A stretch of DNA of 64,000 nt from Clostridia bacterium (GTDB lineage: Bacteria > Bacillota > Clostridia > Oscillospirales > CAG-272): the NCBI GenBank assembly GCA_017450945.1, contig JAFSSP010000002.1, positions 8,405 to 72,404 on the forward strand, read 5' to 3'. The position numbers were made by a program, and so were the translations under genes. This document shows positions 31,652-40,497 of the stretch, in pieces. Under the pieces are notes generated by a model. It was given only the letters and a program-made list of their open reading frames with translations, did not search any database and was not told the DNA's origin. Within the stretch, counting starts at the first letter, position 1; every line of letters starts with the position of its first letter.

Positions 31652-33077
31652 AAGCAGTGTGATCTTCGGCAATCCGATCCCGAAAAAAATCGTAAAGCAG
31701 GCCGAAAAAGCAAAAGCCGGCTATCTCAAAAAGTACGGCGACGACTCAAACGCAAACTACCGTCTCGCCACTTCTCCGATCGACGCGCTCGACTTTCTCG
31801 GCGTGAAAAACCTCGTCTTTGGAGAGACGGCCGCCGACCTTGGCGCAAAGCCGCTGGTGGTCGGCAACATCCGCATGGGCTTTGGCCATTACCGCATTTC
31901 GATCGCCATGGCCTCCTGCGCCCGCGCGCTCGGGTACGACCCTTACTGGCTCGACCTTGCCGGCTTTGACGCCACCGGCTCCAAAATGATCCGCGAGCAA
32001 AACGATCTCTATTCGCTCGCTTCGCGCATTTCGCAAAAATCAAAACTGTTCAACCATTTCATCTGGGAACCGCTCAACTCGGAGGGCTTTCGCAAGATCA
32101 CCTACAACGCAAAGGATCAAAAGAATTCCGAACTGCTTGTCCCGATCTTCTCTTCGCTTCCAAAGGAGATTCCCTATATCGCCACGCACGTCTGGCCGGC
32201 GCAGGGCGCCATCCACGCGGGGCTTACCCATGTGGTCAATGCCATCCCGGACAACTGGCCGATGGGACTCCACCTCGCAGAGGGCGCGATCCACACCGTG
32301 CAGACGCCCTTTGCCTACTACGGCTACAAAACCTTGCGCGGGTTTGACAAAAAGCCGCTGAAAGGCATTCCGGAATCCGAGCTCAAAATGGTCGGCAGAT
32401 ACGTCGATCACGAGCTTCTCGTCAACCTGAGAGAGGACAACGCCGCTCGCCGAGAGCGCGCTCTCTCGGGCGCTCCGATGCGATTCCTCATGACCGTGGG
32501 CGGCGCCGGAGCCGGGTACAGACAGTTCCTCTCGATGGTTCGCCACCTGCTCCCCTACATCAAAGAGGAAAAGGCGACCCTGCTGATCAACTTCGGCGAC
32601 CACAAGGACGCTTTTGAACGCTTGAAAGCCGACCTTGCCCTCCCGGATATCAAGACCTATTTCAACGATTACGAGGGGCTCAAGGCTCTGGTTTCGTCTC
32701 TTCGCGAAAATGATCTTACCGGTATCACCGCGATCTACAACGAGGATATCTTCCAGGCCGTCTATTCGACCAACCTGCTCATGCCCGAGTGCGATATCCT
32801 TGTGACCAAGCCCTCCGAGCTCGCCTACTACCCGATCCCGAAGCTCTTTATGCGGCATATCGGCGGCCATGAGGTCTACGGCGCGGTCTGTTCGGCAGAG
32901 GCAGGCGACGGCTCGCCCGAGTGCGATACCGAGGAAAAGGCGGACGAGGCGATCGACCGCTTCCTCTCGGACAAAGAGCTCTTCTGCCACATCTGCGACC
33001 GCATCGACGAGCTTCAAAAAAGCGGCGCCTATCACGGTGCTTACGAATGCGTGAGGCTCGCGGCGGGAGAAGAATAA
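31641..33077 (+). CDS. GT-B fold glycosyltransferase-like protein (MGDG-synthase/UgtP-like)
   Basis: GNIRMGFGHYRISIAMAS (like the GxGH..A N-terminal motif) and DILVTKPSELAYYPIPKLF (like ITKPGG..E). GTG start overlaps the GH36-like gene by 11 nt. Confidence 0.5.
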   Translation: MKDKSSVIFGNPIPKKIVKQAEKAKAGYLKKYGDDSNANYRLATSPIDALDFLGVKNLVFGETAADLGAKPLVVGNIRMGFGHYRISIAMASCARALGYDPYWLDLAGFDATGSKMIREQNDLYSLASRISQKSKLFNHFIWEPLNSEGFRKITYNAKDQKNSELLVPIFSSLPKEIPYIATHVWPAQGAIHAGLTHVVNAIPDNWPMGLHLAEGAIHTVQTPFAYYGYKTLRGFDKKPLKGIPESELKMVGRYVDHELLVNLREDNAARRERALSGAPMRFLMTVGGAGAGYRQFLSMVRHLLPYIKEEKATLLINFGDHKDAFERLKADLALPDIKTYFNDYEGLKALVSSLRENDLTGITAIYNEDIFQAVYSTNLLMPECDILVTKPSELAYYPIPKLFMRHIGGHEVYGAVCSAEAGDGSPECDTEEKADEAIDRFLSDKELFCHICDRIDELQKSGAYHGAYECVRLAAGEE

Positions 33078-33089
33078 AAGCAAATGATT

Positions 33090-33367
33090 GCGGGAAAAAC
33101 TTTTTGGAAAAAGGGACGAATGCGACCGCCGCCTGTGGCGGAAGAAGGGAGCATGAGGAGTAGCCGCGGTCGAAGAAAAGCAGGTATGGTTTTACCATGC
33201 CTGCTTTTTTCGGAAACCGCAATAGTTGCTCTTTTCCCGCACCCTTTTCAAAAACTTTTAACAAAAAAGAAAAGAGCGCACTCTTGTCGATGGTGTGCTC
33301 TTTTTTTATTGGTTGAAGTTTTTCAAGGGGGTGCGGGGGTGGGCTTTTTTCAAAAAGGCACCCCCGC
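33090..33367. repeat. Composite palindromic element with module B nested in a hairpin-A loop
   Basis: GCGGGAAAAAC..(module B 33118-33230)..CTCTTTTCCCGC, then ACCCTTTTCAAAAAC, a central hairpin, and the inverted end ..GTGCGGGGGTGGGC..GCACCCCCGC. Confidence 0.8.
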
Positions 33368-33383
33368 ATTTCCCTTCAATAAC

Positions 33384-34880
33384 TTAAACCACCAAAAATT
33401 TTACTCCACTGAGGGAGTCGGAGGAAAGGCTATTTGCTTCGGCGAGAGAGGAGCGGGACACGCCATAGCGTTTGCCGAGGCTCCAGAGGGTATCCCCGGG
33501 TGCGGGGTAGCAGACGCGCAGAGTCGAAGCGGGGGTTGCGATCTCCCCCCCGATGGTCAAAGAGACGGCGCGGGTAATTTCCTCCTGTCCCGACAGGGTA
33601 TAGGAGACGGCGATCTCGCCTTCCAGAGCGAGGTGGTCGCCTTCTTTTCTGGCGTTGCAAAAGAGCGCGTCGGCGAGGGCGCGGATGTCTTTGATCGCGG
33701 CCTTCGGGCAGGCGCCTGCGTCGTAGCGGAAGGGGACTTCAAACTCGGAGGTCGTCCATTCGTCACCCGAAGAGATCACGGCTTGCGCACGGCATTTTCC
33801 GCTAAAGGTCAGGCGGCCGTCTTCGCCCGAGGCCTCCTCGATTACGGGAATCAAGGTAAGATCCTCGAGCCGCTGTCCTTTTGCAAGGCCCGCATCGGCA
33901 AGCGGCACTCTTGCAGAGAGCGTAAAGTTTCCAAAGCCGGAAGCGATCGCACTTGGGTAGGCAAGCGTTTCAAACGTCGGCGTGGACTCTTTGCCGAGCG
34001 CATAAAGATCGCGGGTATAGGTCAGGCGATCCTCCCCGAGGGCGCGCGCAAAAAGGCGCATTTCGACATCGAGAAGGATCCGTGTATCCTCAACCGTCAC
34101 AACCGTATCGGTCACGCATCCGTTGACCGAGACCATGGCGTCCGGCGTAAGGCCGTCCACCGGGATCATGACGTCAAAGGGCAGTTTGCGTAAGACCGCC
34201 TCGGGTCGCTCTCCACTTCCCTCTTTGACGGTCAGCAGTTTGACAACAACTTCGCCGCGAGCGAGCAGACTGCCCTCCTCCGGCGTCGCGTCCTCCACAA
34301 GGACTTTGCCCCGGCAAAGCACGACACGGATCGGGGCCTCGCCGTTTTCAAGAGGGATCTCATCCGAGAGACGAACCGGCTCGCTCTCGCCCAAAAAGTG
34401 ACGTGCGCAAACGGTTTCCTCTGTGAGCATCTCGCAATCGCATCCCTCGGGGAATTCCTCCTCGATCAGGCGCTCGCCGTAAAGCCGGATCTCGCTGTGG
34501 AGCCGGGTCTTGACCAGAAATTTTCGCGGGGAAAGCAGGCGACCGGTCGTCGCCTCGGTAAAGATATCGGCGTCGCATAGGATCCCCGCATCAAACGCGG
34601 CGTCTCCCGGAAATTCCACCGACTGCAAAACTCTGTAGTCCCCCTCAAAGGGCGCGCCGTAGATCTCTCCGTCCTCGCCGAGATAAAAAAGCGTGTACTC
34701 GACCTTGCCCGAAAACTCGGCACTGCCCGGGCCAACATAGCGGTCTGCCGGCATGGCAACCGCCTCGATCCGTAAGATCCGCTTGATCTCAGGCTGGTAA
34801 TCCGGGATCGTAAACTCCTCCGAAAGATCGGTCAAAACCGTTTTTTGCAGCATCGGGACCTGAATTTTTTGTTGTTCCAT
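33384..34880 (-). CDS. DUF3794 (SPOCS)-domain protein with C-terminal LysM
   Basis: FTIPDYQPEIKRIL-type repeats typical of DUF3794. C-terminus GDTLWSLGKRYGVSRSSLAEANSL is a LysM domain. RBS GAGGAGG. Confidence 0.7.
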   Translation of the reverse strand: MEQQKIQVPMLQKTVLTDLSEEFTIPDYQPEIKRILRIEAVAMPADRYVGPGSAEFSGKVEYTLFYLGEDGEIYGAPFEGDYRVLQSVEFPGDAAFDAGILCDADIFTEATTGRLLSPRKFLVKTRLHSEIRLYGERLIEEEFPEGCDCEMLTEETVCARHFLGESEPVRLSDEIPLENGEAPIRVVLCRGKVLVEDATPEEGSLLARGEVVVKLLTVKEGSGERPEAVLRKLPFDVMIPVDGLTPDAMVSVNGCVTDTVVTVEDTRILLDVEMRLFARALGEDRLTYTRDLYALGKESTPTFETLAYPSAIASGFGNFTLSARVPLADAGLAKGQRLEDLTLIPVIEEASGEDGRLTFSGKCRAQAVISSGDEWTTSEFEVPFRYDAGACPKAAIKDIRALADALFCNARKEGDHLALEGEIAVSYTLSGQEEITRAVSLTIGGEIATPASTLRVCYPAPGDTLWSLGKRYGVSRSSLAEANSLSSDSLSGVKFLVV

Positions 34881-34967
34881 TGCTTCTGCCTCCTCACAAT
34901 TTGCGCCATGCGCAGTTTGAATCGGTACAGTCTATGAGAGAGGGGGGAGGATTATGAAAAGAAAAAT

Positions 34968-35002
34968 GCGGGAAAAACTTTTTGGAAAAAAGTTTCTTTC
35001 GC
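34968..35002. repeat. Solo hairpin-A repeat
   Basis: GCGGGAAAAACTTTTTGGAAAAAAGTTTCTTTCGC. Confidence 0.7.
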
Positions 35003-35099
35003 AATTTTTTTATAAAACTATTTTGTTCCAAATGATATAACGGAAGTATGAAAAGAGGATGCCGAACAATCGGGCAAGTGGTGGAAGAGCGGTTTTTGC

Positions 35100-35250
35100 C
35101 AGCCTTCCCCCTTGAGGGGAAGGGGGACCACCGCAGGTGGTGGATGAGGGTATTCTTCAAGAAACATTTATAAAAGAGTAAAAAGGTTGCGCTTTATCAC
35201 CCTCATCCGTCACGGCTTCGCCGCGCCACCTTCCCCTCAAGGGGGAAGGC
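35100..35250. repeat. Family-C composite element (inverted about 50-bp ends around an AT-rich core), copy 1
   Basis: Ends carry CCCTCATCC-[hairpin]-CCTTCCCCTCAAGGGGGAAGGC in inverted orientation (35100-35151 and 35199-35250). Confidence 0.85.
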
Positions 35251-35380
35251 TTAAAAGCCAGCTGTTCCAAGTGGATAGAATGTTTGCAAAGAGCAAATAT
35301 TTTATAGAAGATATGGCGCACCCCATCCAAAAAACGAGCGACAAGAAAAATCCCCTTTCCGTAAGAAAGGGGAAATTTTT

Positions 35381-36760
35381 TTATTCTGTCTCGAGGAACT
35401 TCAAAAGTGCATCGAGCTGTTTTTGCACCGAGTCAGGCCCGGTCGAACCTTCCGAGATCCGTTTTTTTACGCAGGTTTCCAGAGCAATCTCTTCGTAAAG
35501 ATCGGTCTCAAAAAGCTCCGAGAAAGTCTTGTATTCTTCGAGCGGGAGGCTGTCAAGCGTTTGTTTGTTCTCCACGCAGTGCGCGACCAGCTTCCCAACC
35601 GTCTTGTAGGCGGTGCGGAAGGGCATTCCCTTTTTGACCAGGTAATCGGCGAGGTCGGTCGCGTTGAGAAATCCTTTTTTTGCCGCCTCGTACATGTTCT
35701 CCCGCTTGACCTTCATGGTGTCGATCATGCCGCTCATCACGGGCAGGCAGGCCTTTACCGTATCAAAGGCGTCAAAAATTGCCTCTTTGTCTTCCTGCAA
35801 ATCCTTGTTGTAGGCAAGCGGAAGCCCTTTGAGCATGGTCAGCGTCCCCACAAGGTCGCCGAACACCCTGCCCGACTTGCCGCGGATGAGCTCGGCCATA
35901 TCCGAATTCTTCTTTTGCGGCATGATCGAAGAGCCGGTGGTGTAGGCGTCGTCAAGCTCGACAAAAGAAAACTCAAAGGAAGTCCAAAGCAATAATTCCT
36001 CGGACAGGCGGGAAAGATGCACCATGACAAGTGAAAGATCCGAGAGCAGTTCCACGCAAAAATCGCGATCCGAAACGCCGTCCAGGCTGTTTGCGCATGG
36101 CCCCGAAAAGCCGAGTCTTGCGGCCACTGTCTGCCGATCGATCGGGTGGGTCGTTCCGGCCAGCGCGGCAGAACCGAGCGGCGAGAGATTCATGCGGGCG
36201 ACTGCATCCGAAAGGCGGGAAAGATCCCGCTTGAACATTTCCGCATAGGCGAGAAGATGCTGGCCGAAGGTGATCGGCTGCGCGCGTTGCAGGTGGGTGT
36301 ATCCCGGCAGGATGGTCTCCTTCTCGGCGTTTGCTTTTTCATAGAGCGCCCGGAGAAGATCAAAGAGGCTTTTGCGCAAATTGGTGCACTCGCCCTTCAG
36401 ATAGAGGCGCAGATCAAGCGCGACCTGATCGTTCCGGCTCCTTGCGGTATGGAGTTTTTTGCCGGCATCGCCGATCCGCTCGGTGAGCGTCGCTTCGATA
36501 AAGCTGTGAATGTCCTCGGCCTCGGGATCAATGGCAAGGCTGCCGCTCTCAATATCGTCAAGGATACCTTGCAGACCGTCGATGATCGCGTCGGCGTCGG
36601 AAGAAGAAAGAATCCCGACCGCCGAAAGCATGGCGGCGTGCTCCATGGATCCCGCGATGTCCTCGCGGAACATGCGCGAGTCGACCCGGATCGAAGAATT
36701 GAAATCGTTTGCGGCCTTGGCGAGTTTCCCCTCGGCACGGCCTGACCAAATTTTTTCCAT
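35381..36760 (-). CDS. argH: Argininosuccinate lyase
   Basis: ATG at 36760 gives MEKIWSGRAEGKLAKAANDFNSSI... Full-length ArgH-like sequence with the GSSIMPQKKN signature. Confidence 0.93.
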   Translation of the reverse strand: MEKIWSGRAEGKLAKAANDFNSSIRVDSRMFREDIAGSMEHAAMLSAVGILSSSDADAIIDGLQGILDDIESGSLAIDPEAEDIHSFIEATLTERIGDAGKKLHTARSRNDQVALDLRLYLKGECTNLRKSLFDLLRALYEKANAEKETILPGYTHLQRAQPITFGQHLLAYAEMFKRDLSRLSDAVARMNLSPLGSAALAGTTHPIDRQTVAARLGFSGPCANSLDGVSDRDFCVELLSDLSLVMVHLSRLSEELLLWTSFEFSFVELDDAYTTGSSIMPQKKNSDMAELIRGKSGRVFGDLVGTLTMLKGLPLAYNKDLQEDKEAIFDAFDTVKACLPVMSGMIDTMKVKRENMYEAAKKGFLNATDLADYLVKKGMPFRTAYKTVGKLVAHCVENKQTLDSLPLEEYKTFSELFETDLYEEIALETCVKKRISEGSTGPDSVQKQLDALLKFLETE

Positions 36761-36767
36761 AAAATGC

Positions 36768-38003
36768 TTACTTCCCTTTGTTTGCGTTCTTTTTGGCAAC
36801 GGCGGCGGCGACAGAGGCAGGAAGTCCCCAAAGGTTGATGAATCCCGCGCTGTCCTTCTGGTCATAGACGCTGTCCTCGCCGAAGGTGGCGATCTCCTCC
36901 GAGTAGAGCGACCAGTCGCTCCAAGCGCCGGCCTTGATGATATTGCCCTTGTAGAGTTTGAGTTTTACCTTGCCGGTGACGTGTTCCTGCGTTTTATCAA
37001 CAAAGGCAGAGAGCGCCTCGCGCAGAGGCGAGAACCACTGGCCGTTGTAAAGCAGTTCGCCGAAGGTGATGGCAAGTTCCTGCTTTTTGTGCATGGTCAT
37101 TTTGTCGAGGCAAAGCGTTTCGAGATACTCGTGCGCCGCATAGAGGATGGCTCCTCCGGGCGTTTCGTACACGCCGCGGCACTTCATGCCGACCAAGCGG
37201 TTTTCCACGATGTCAAGCAGTCCCACGCCGTTCTTGCCGCCAAGCTCGTTGAGCTTTAAGATGATCTCTTTTGCGCTCATCTTTTTACCGTTGAGTGCAA
37301 CAGGAGCACCTGCCTCAAATTCGAGTTCGAGATAGGTGGGAGTATCCGGTGCTTCGATCGGCGAGACGCCCATTTCCAAAAAGCCCTTCTTTTCGTAGAG
37401 CGGTTCGTTGCCGGCGTCCTCGAGGTCGAGGCCCTCGTGCGAGAGGTGCCAGAGGTTTTTATCCTTGGAGTAGTTGGTCTCGCGGCTGATCTTGAGCGGC
37501 ACGCCGTGCGCTTCGGCATAATCGATCTCCTCGTCGCGCGACTTGATCGACCACTCGCGCCAGGGGGCTATGATCTTCATGCCGGGCGCAAAGGTCTTGA
37601 TGGCAAGCTCAAAGCGGACTTGATCGTTCCCTTTGCCGGTGCAGCCGTGGCAGATCGCGTCGGCGCCCTCGGCAAGTGCGATCTCGGCCAAGCGTTTTCC
37701 GATGACCGGACGCGCAAGCGCCGTGCCCATCATGTAATGCTCGTACATGGCACCCGCCTTGACGGTCGGGATGATCATGTCCTCGACAAAGCTATCGGTC
37801 AGATCCTCGATATAAATTTTGGACGCGCCGGTCTTCAGCGCCTTTTCCTCAAGGCCTTCCAGTTCATCGGCTTGCCCGACGTTGCCCGATACGGCAATGA
37901 TCTCCGGGTCGTCATAGTTTTCCTTGAGCCACGGAATGATCACCGATGTATCCAGCCCTCCGGAGTAGGCCAAAACGATTTTTTTGATTTTTTTTGATTC
38001 CAT
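36768..38003 (-). CDS. argG: Argininosuccinate synthase
   Basis: [12 protein letters not shown]-binding motif. 411 aa, ArgG-like throughout. Confidence 0.95.
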   Translation of the reverse strand: MESKKIKKIVLAYSGGLDTSVIIPWLKENYDDPEIIAVSGNVGQADELEGLEEKALKTGASKIYIEDLTDSFVEDMIIPTVKAGAMYEHYMMGTALARPVIGKRLAEIALAEGADAICHGCTGKGNDQVRFELAIKTFAPGMKIIAPWREWSIKSRDEEIDYAEAHGVPLKISRETNYSKDKNLWHLSHEGLDLEDAGNEPLYEKKGFLEMGVSPIEAPDTPTYLELEFEAGAPVALNGKKMSAKEIILKLNELGGKNGVGLLDIVENRLVGMKCRGVYETPGGAILYAAHEYLETLCLDKMTMHKKQELAITFGELLYNGQWFSPLREALSAFVDKTQEHVTGKVKLKLYKGNIIKAGAWSDWSLYSEEIATFGEDSVYDQKDSAGFINLWGLPASVAAAVAKKNANKGK

Positions 38004-38015
38004 ATTCGCTCCTTA

Positions 38016-38061
38016 GTGAATAAAATTCACAAATTTTATTATTGTATGCATAATTATACAA
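38016..38061. promoter_or_regulatory. Two ARG-box-like palindromes (ArgR/AhrC operator) upstream of argG
   Basis: GTGAATAAAATTCAC (38016-38030) and TTGTATGCATAATTATACAA (38042-38061), in the AT-rich argG leader/promoter. Confidence 0.6.
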
Positions 38062-38280
38062 TCATAAGAAGAGTTTGTCAAGAGGTTTTGCAAAGTTTAT
38101 GCGTTTTTCCATATTTTGCACAAGGCTTTCGTTTTGAAAAGAGATTTTCCGTTCATTCTTATGAAAAAGCAATTACGGAGTTGCAAAACCAAAGAAATTG
38201 TGGTACACTACAGTCGTGGGATTCCGCTTCTCCCTTGTCGCAGCAAAGACTCGAATGAAACGGGAAAGGGGATTCTCACC

Positions 38281-39240
38281 ATGAAACTTTCCAACAATTT
38301 CAAAGGCAGCGCAATTCTCGTCTTTACCGCCCTTCTCTGGGGCAGTACCTTTGTGATGCAGGCCTATGCCGCGGAATACCTGCCGCCCTTTTTTGTCAAT
38401 GCGTTCCGTTCGATCGTGGGCGCATTGTTTTTGTTTGCGTTTCTTGCAATTCGCTCGCTTGTCAAAAAAGTTCCGATCTTCCCGCGGGGAAAGGAAAAGA
38501 TCCGCGAGCTGCTGCTCGGCACGGTGATCTGCGGCGTCCTACTGACGATCAGCGTCAACCTGCAACAGTTCGGCATTTCCGCCTATCCCGCAGGCGTTTC
38601 GAGCGAGGCAAGAGGCGGCTTTTTGACCGCGCTCTACGTCGTACTCGTCCCGCTCTTTGCGATCTTTTTCAAAAAGCGCCCGCACCCGCTCGTCTGGTTT
38701 GCCGGATTCGTGGCGCTCGGCGGCATCGCGCTCCTCTGCTTTGCCGGTGAAGTTGGGGGCGTTTATCTCGGCGATGTTTATATGCTTCTCTGCGCCATTT
38801 CCTTTACCTTTCACATTTTCGCCGTGGCGAAGTTCGGCGCAAGCATTGACGGCCCTCTCCTTTGCATGGCGCAGTTTCTCGTTTGCTCGATCCTTTCCTT
38901 GATTCTTTCCTTCGTTACGGGAGAGGTTGCGGCGATTACGAAGACCGCCTTTTTGTCGGGACTTCCCTATCTGCTCTACGTCGGCGTGGTTTCGAGCGGA
39001 ATCGCCTACACGCTCCAGATTGTCGGCCAGAAATACGCCGAACCCGCAATCGCCTCGCTTTCGATGAGTATGGAAAGCGTTTTTGCTGCGCTTTGCGGCT
39101 GGATCTTCCGCGGCAGTAAACTCTCCTTCCGCGAAGTGGTCGGCTGCGCGGTCGTTTTCCTTGCCATCGTCATGGCGCAGATCCCGGATCTGATCAAACG
39201 CAAAGCCGATAAATCCAAAAACGAGCCCGAAAAAGTTTGA
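38281..39240 (+). CDS. DMT/EamA-family transporter
   Basis: ATG at 38281. Two EamA-like halves. 319-aa polytopic protein. Confidence 0.8.
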   Translation: MKLSNNFKGSAILVFTALLWGSTFVMQAYAAEYLPPFFVNAFRSIVGALFLFAFLAIRSLVKKVPIFPRGKEKIRELLLGTVICGVLLTISVNLQQFGISAYPAGVSSEARGGFLTALYVVLVPLFAIFFKKRPHPLVWFAGFVALGGIALLCFAGEVGGVYLGDVYMLLCAISFTFHIFAVAKFGASIDGPLLCMAQFLVCSILSLILSFVTGEVAAITKTAFLSGLPYLLYVGVVSSGIAYTLQIVGQKYAEPAIASLSMSMESVFAALCGWIFRGSKLSFREVVGCAVVFLAIVMAQIPDLIKRKADKSKNEPEKV

Positions 39241-39249
39241 AAAAAGGGC

Positions 39250-39278
39250 TTGACAACGCGGAAACCCCATGTTATAAT
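39250..39278 (+). promoter_or_regulatory. Promoter of tRNA-Met/tRNA-Glu (TTGACA-17-TATAAT)
   Basis: TTGACAacgcggaaaccccatgtTATAAT, 20 nt before the tRNA. Confidence 0.8.
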
Positions 39279-39298
39279 GGTTGAGCGTTCCAATCAAC

Positions 39299-39375
39299 GG
39301 CGGGATAGCTCAGTTGGCTAGAGCAACCGGTTCATACCCGGTAGGTCAAGGGTTCAAGTCCATTTCCCGCTACCA
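39299..39375 (+). tRNA. tRNA-Met (anticodon CAU, elongator-like), CCA encoded
   Basis: GGCGGGA acceptor, anticodon loop UUCAUAC, ..CCCGCT-A-CCA end as in Bacillus elongator tRNA-Met. A lysidine tRNA-Ile2 identity cannot be excluded by eye. Confidence 0.85.
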
Positions 39376-39376
39376 T

Positions 39377-39451
39377 GGCCCGTTGGTCAAGAGGTTAAGA
39401 CACCGCCCTTTCACGGCAGTAACAGCAGTTCGATTCTGCTACGGGTCACCA
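39377..39451 (+). tRNA. tRNA-Glu (anticodon UUC), CCA encoded
   Basis: GGCCCGTTGGTCAAGAGGTTAAGACACCGCCCTTTCACGG.. is nearly identical in pattern to Bacillus tRNA-Glu. Confidence 0.9.
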
Positions 39452-39453
39452 CG

Positions 39454-39490
39454 AAAAAGCAGTGGTTTGTTTATCAAACCACTGCTTTTT
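39454..39490 (+). terminator. Terminator after the tRNA pair
   Basis: AAAAAGCAGTGGTTTG-tttatc-AAACCACTGCTTTTT. Confidence 0.85.
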
Positions 39491-39494
39491 CAAC

Positions 39495-39673
39495 GAAATC
39501 CGTCCTTACGGACGGGTGAAATCCACCTACGATGGGTGAAATCTGCTTTGCCGGTGATATCCGCACTTCGTGCGGGTAAACGGACGGATTTCATTTCACC
39601 GTGCGCGAAGTGGACGATTTCACCTGAGGGCACAGCCCGAAGATTTCACCGCAACGCCAGTTGCGATTTCACG
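39495..39673. repeat. Array of short variable hairpins each flanked by a GGTGAAATC / GATTTCACC core
   Basis: At least 7 copies of the 8-9 nt core: 2-3 forward, then 4-5 reverse. Cores are separated by small stem-loops such as GTCC-ttac-GGAC, CGCAC-ttc-GTGCG, GGGC-aca-GCCC and GCAAC-gcca-GTTGC. Confidence 0.75.
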
Positions 39674-39706
39674 ACTTTTAACTTGTTCTCGAAAGGAGAG
39701 ATTGCT

Positions 39707-40060
39707 TTGGCAGAAAATAAACTTTCTAATCTTTCAATGGCTTTTGCAATTGAGATTTTGAAGCTTTGCGAACAGATCAAAGGGCATTATTCTCTTGTCA
39801 ATCAGCTGGAAAGATCGGCAACATCGATTGGAGCAAACATCAGGGAAGCAAATTATGCGCATAGTAAAGCGGATTTTATTTCAAAACTTCAAATTGCTTT
39901 GAAAGAATGCTACGAGACCGAATACTGGCTCGAACTTATGCAAAAAGCGGAAATATTGTCTGCAGATGCATCTTCATCGCTTTTACATGACTGCGGTTCC
40001 ATTCGGCGTATGCTCATTTCATCTGTTAATACTGCCAAAAGAAATCAAAGCACAAATTAA
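39707..40060 (+). CDS. Four-helix-bundle protein (23S rRNA intervening-sequence protein / Avd-like family)
   Basis: TTG start follows AGGAGAG. ..LERSATSIGANIREA..SKADFISKLQIALKECYETEYWLEL.. is the family signature. Low-GC gene. Confidence 0.75.
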   Translation: MAENKLSNLSMAFAIEILKLCEQIKGHYSLVNQLERSATSIGANIREANYAHSKADFISKLQIALKECYETEYWLELMQKAEILSADASSSLLHDCGSIRRMLISSVNTAKRNQSTN

Positions 40061-40085
40061 AAACTCGGTATTTATGGAGTAAAGT

Positions 40086-40412
40086 ATGAATGATTTTAGC
40101 ATTAATGAGATGTTGGAAATGCAAAAGGCACTACAAAGAAAGTATCAAGATAAATGGAAGCTGATTTGCCCAGATAGAGGAAAGGATCAACTTCTATGGA
40201 TGATTGGTGAAATAGGCGAAGTGATTGATATAATCAAAAAGAATGGTAGCGAAGCTGCATCTCAAAGTGATGCACTGCGAAAGAATCTAATAGAAGAATT
40301 GGCAGATGTTTTGATGTATTACAATGACGTATTACTTTGCTATGGAATTTCAGCATACGAATTAAAAAGATCCTATACCGATAAGTTTGAACGGAATATG
40401 AGCCGTTGGTAA
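40086..40412 (+). CDS. MazG-like all-alpha nucleoside triphosphate pyrophosphohydrolase
   Basis: MIGEIGEV...IEELADVLMY metal-binding EExxE/D pattern. 108 aa. Low-GC gene. Confidence 0.7.
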   Translation: MNDFSINEMLEMQKALQRKYQDKWKLICPDRGKDQLLWMIGEIGEVIDIIKKNGSEAASQSDALRKNLIEELADVLMYYNDVLLCYGISAYELKRSYTDKFERNMSRW

Positions 40413-40457
40413 ATTCCAACTTGCTAAGCTACGCAACCTATATACTACCTTTGATAT

Positions 40458-40497
40458 AAAAAGAGTCGATTTGTCCTTTGACAGATCGACTCTTTTT
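40458..40497. terminator. Bidirectional terminator between the MazG-like and GH20 genes
   Basis: AAAAAGAGTCGAT-..-ATCGACTCTTTTT. Confidence 0.8.

Noticed and set aside
33084-34193. 369-aa plus-strand ORF, plus 32848..33369 on the minus strand
   Set aside because: The first third translates the composite repeat and the rest is antisense to the DUF3794/LysM gene. No independent support.
39495-39673. Possible CRISPR array
   Set aside because: The repeated core is only 8-9 nt, the spacing is irregular (about 10-27 nt), copies occur in both orientations, and no cas genes are present.
39281-39706. N-terminal 142 codons of ORF 39281..40060
   Set aside because: This part reads straight through tRNA-Met, tRNA-Glu, their terminator and the hairpin array. 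Only the 3' part from the TTG at 39707, with its RBS and family signature, is credible coding sequence.
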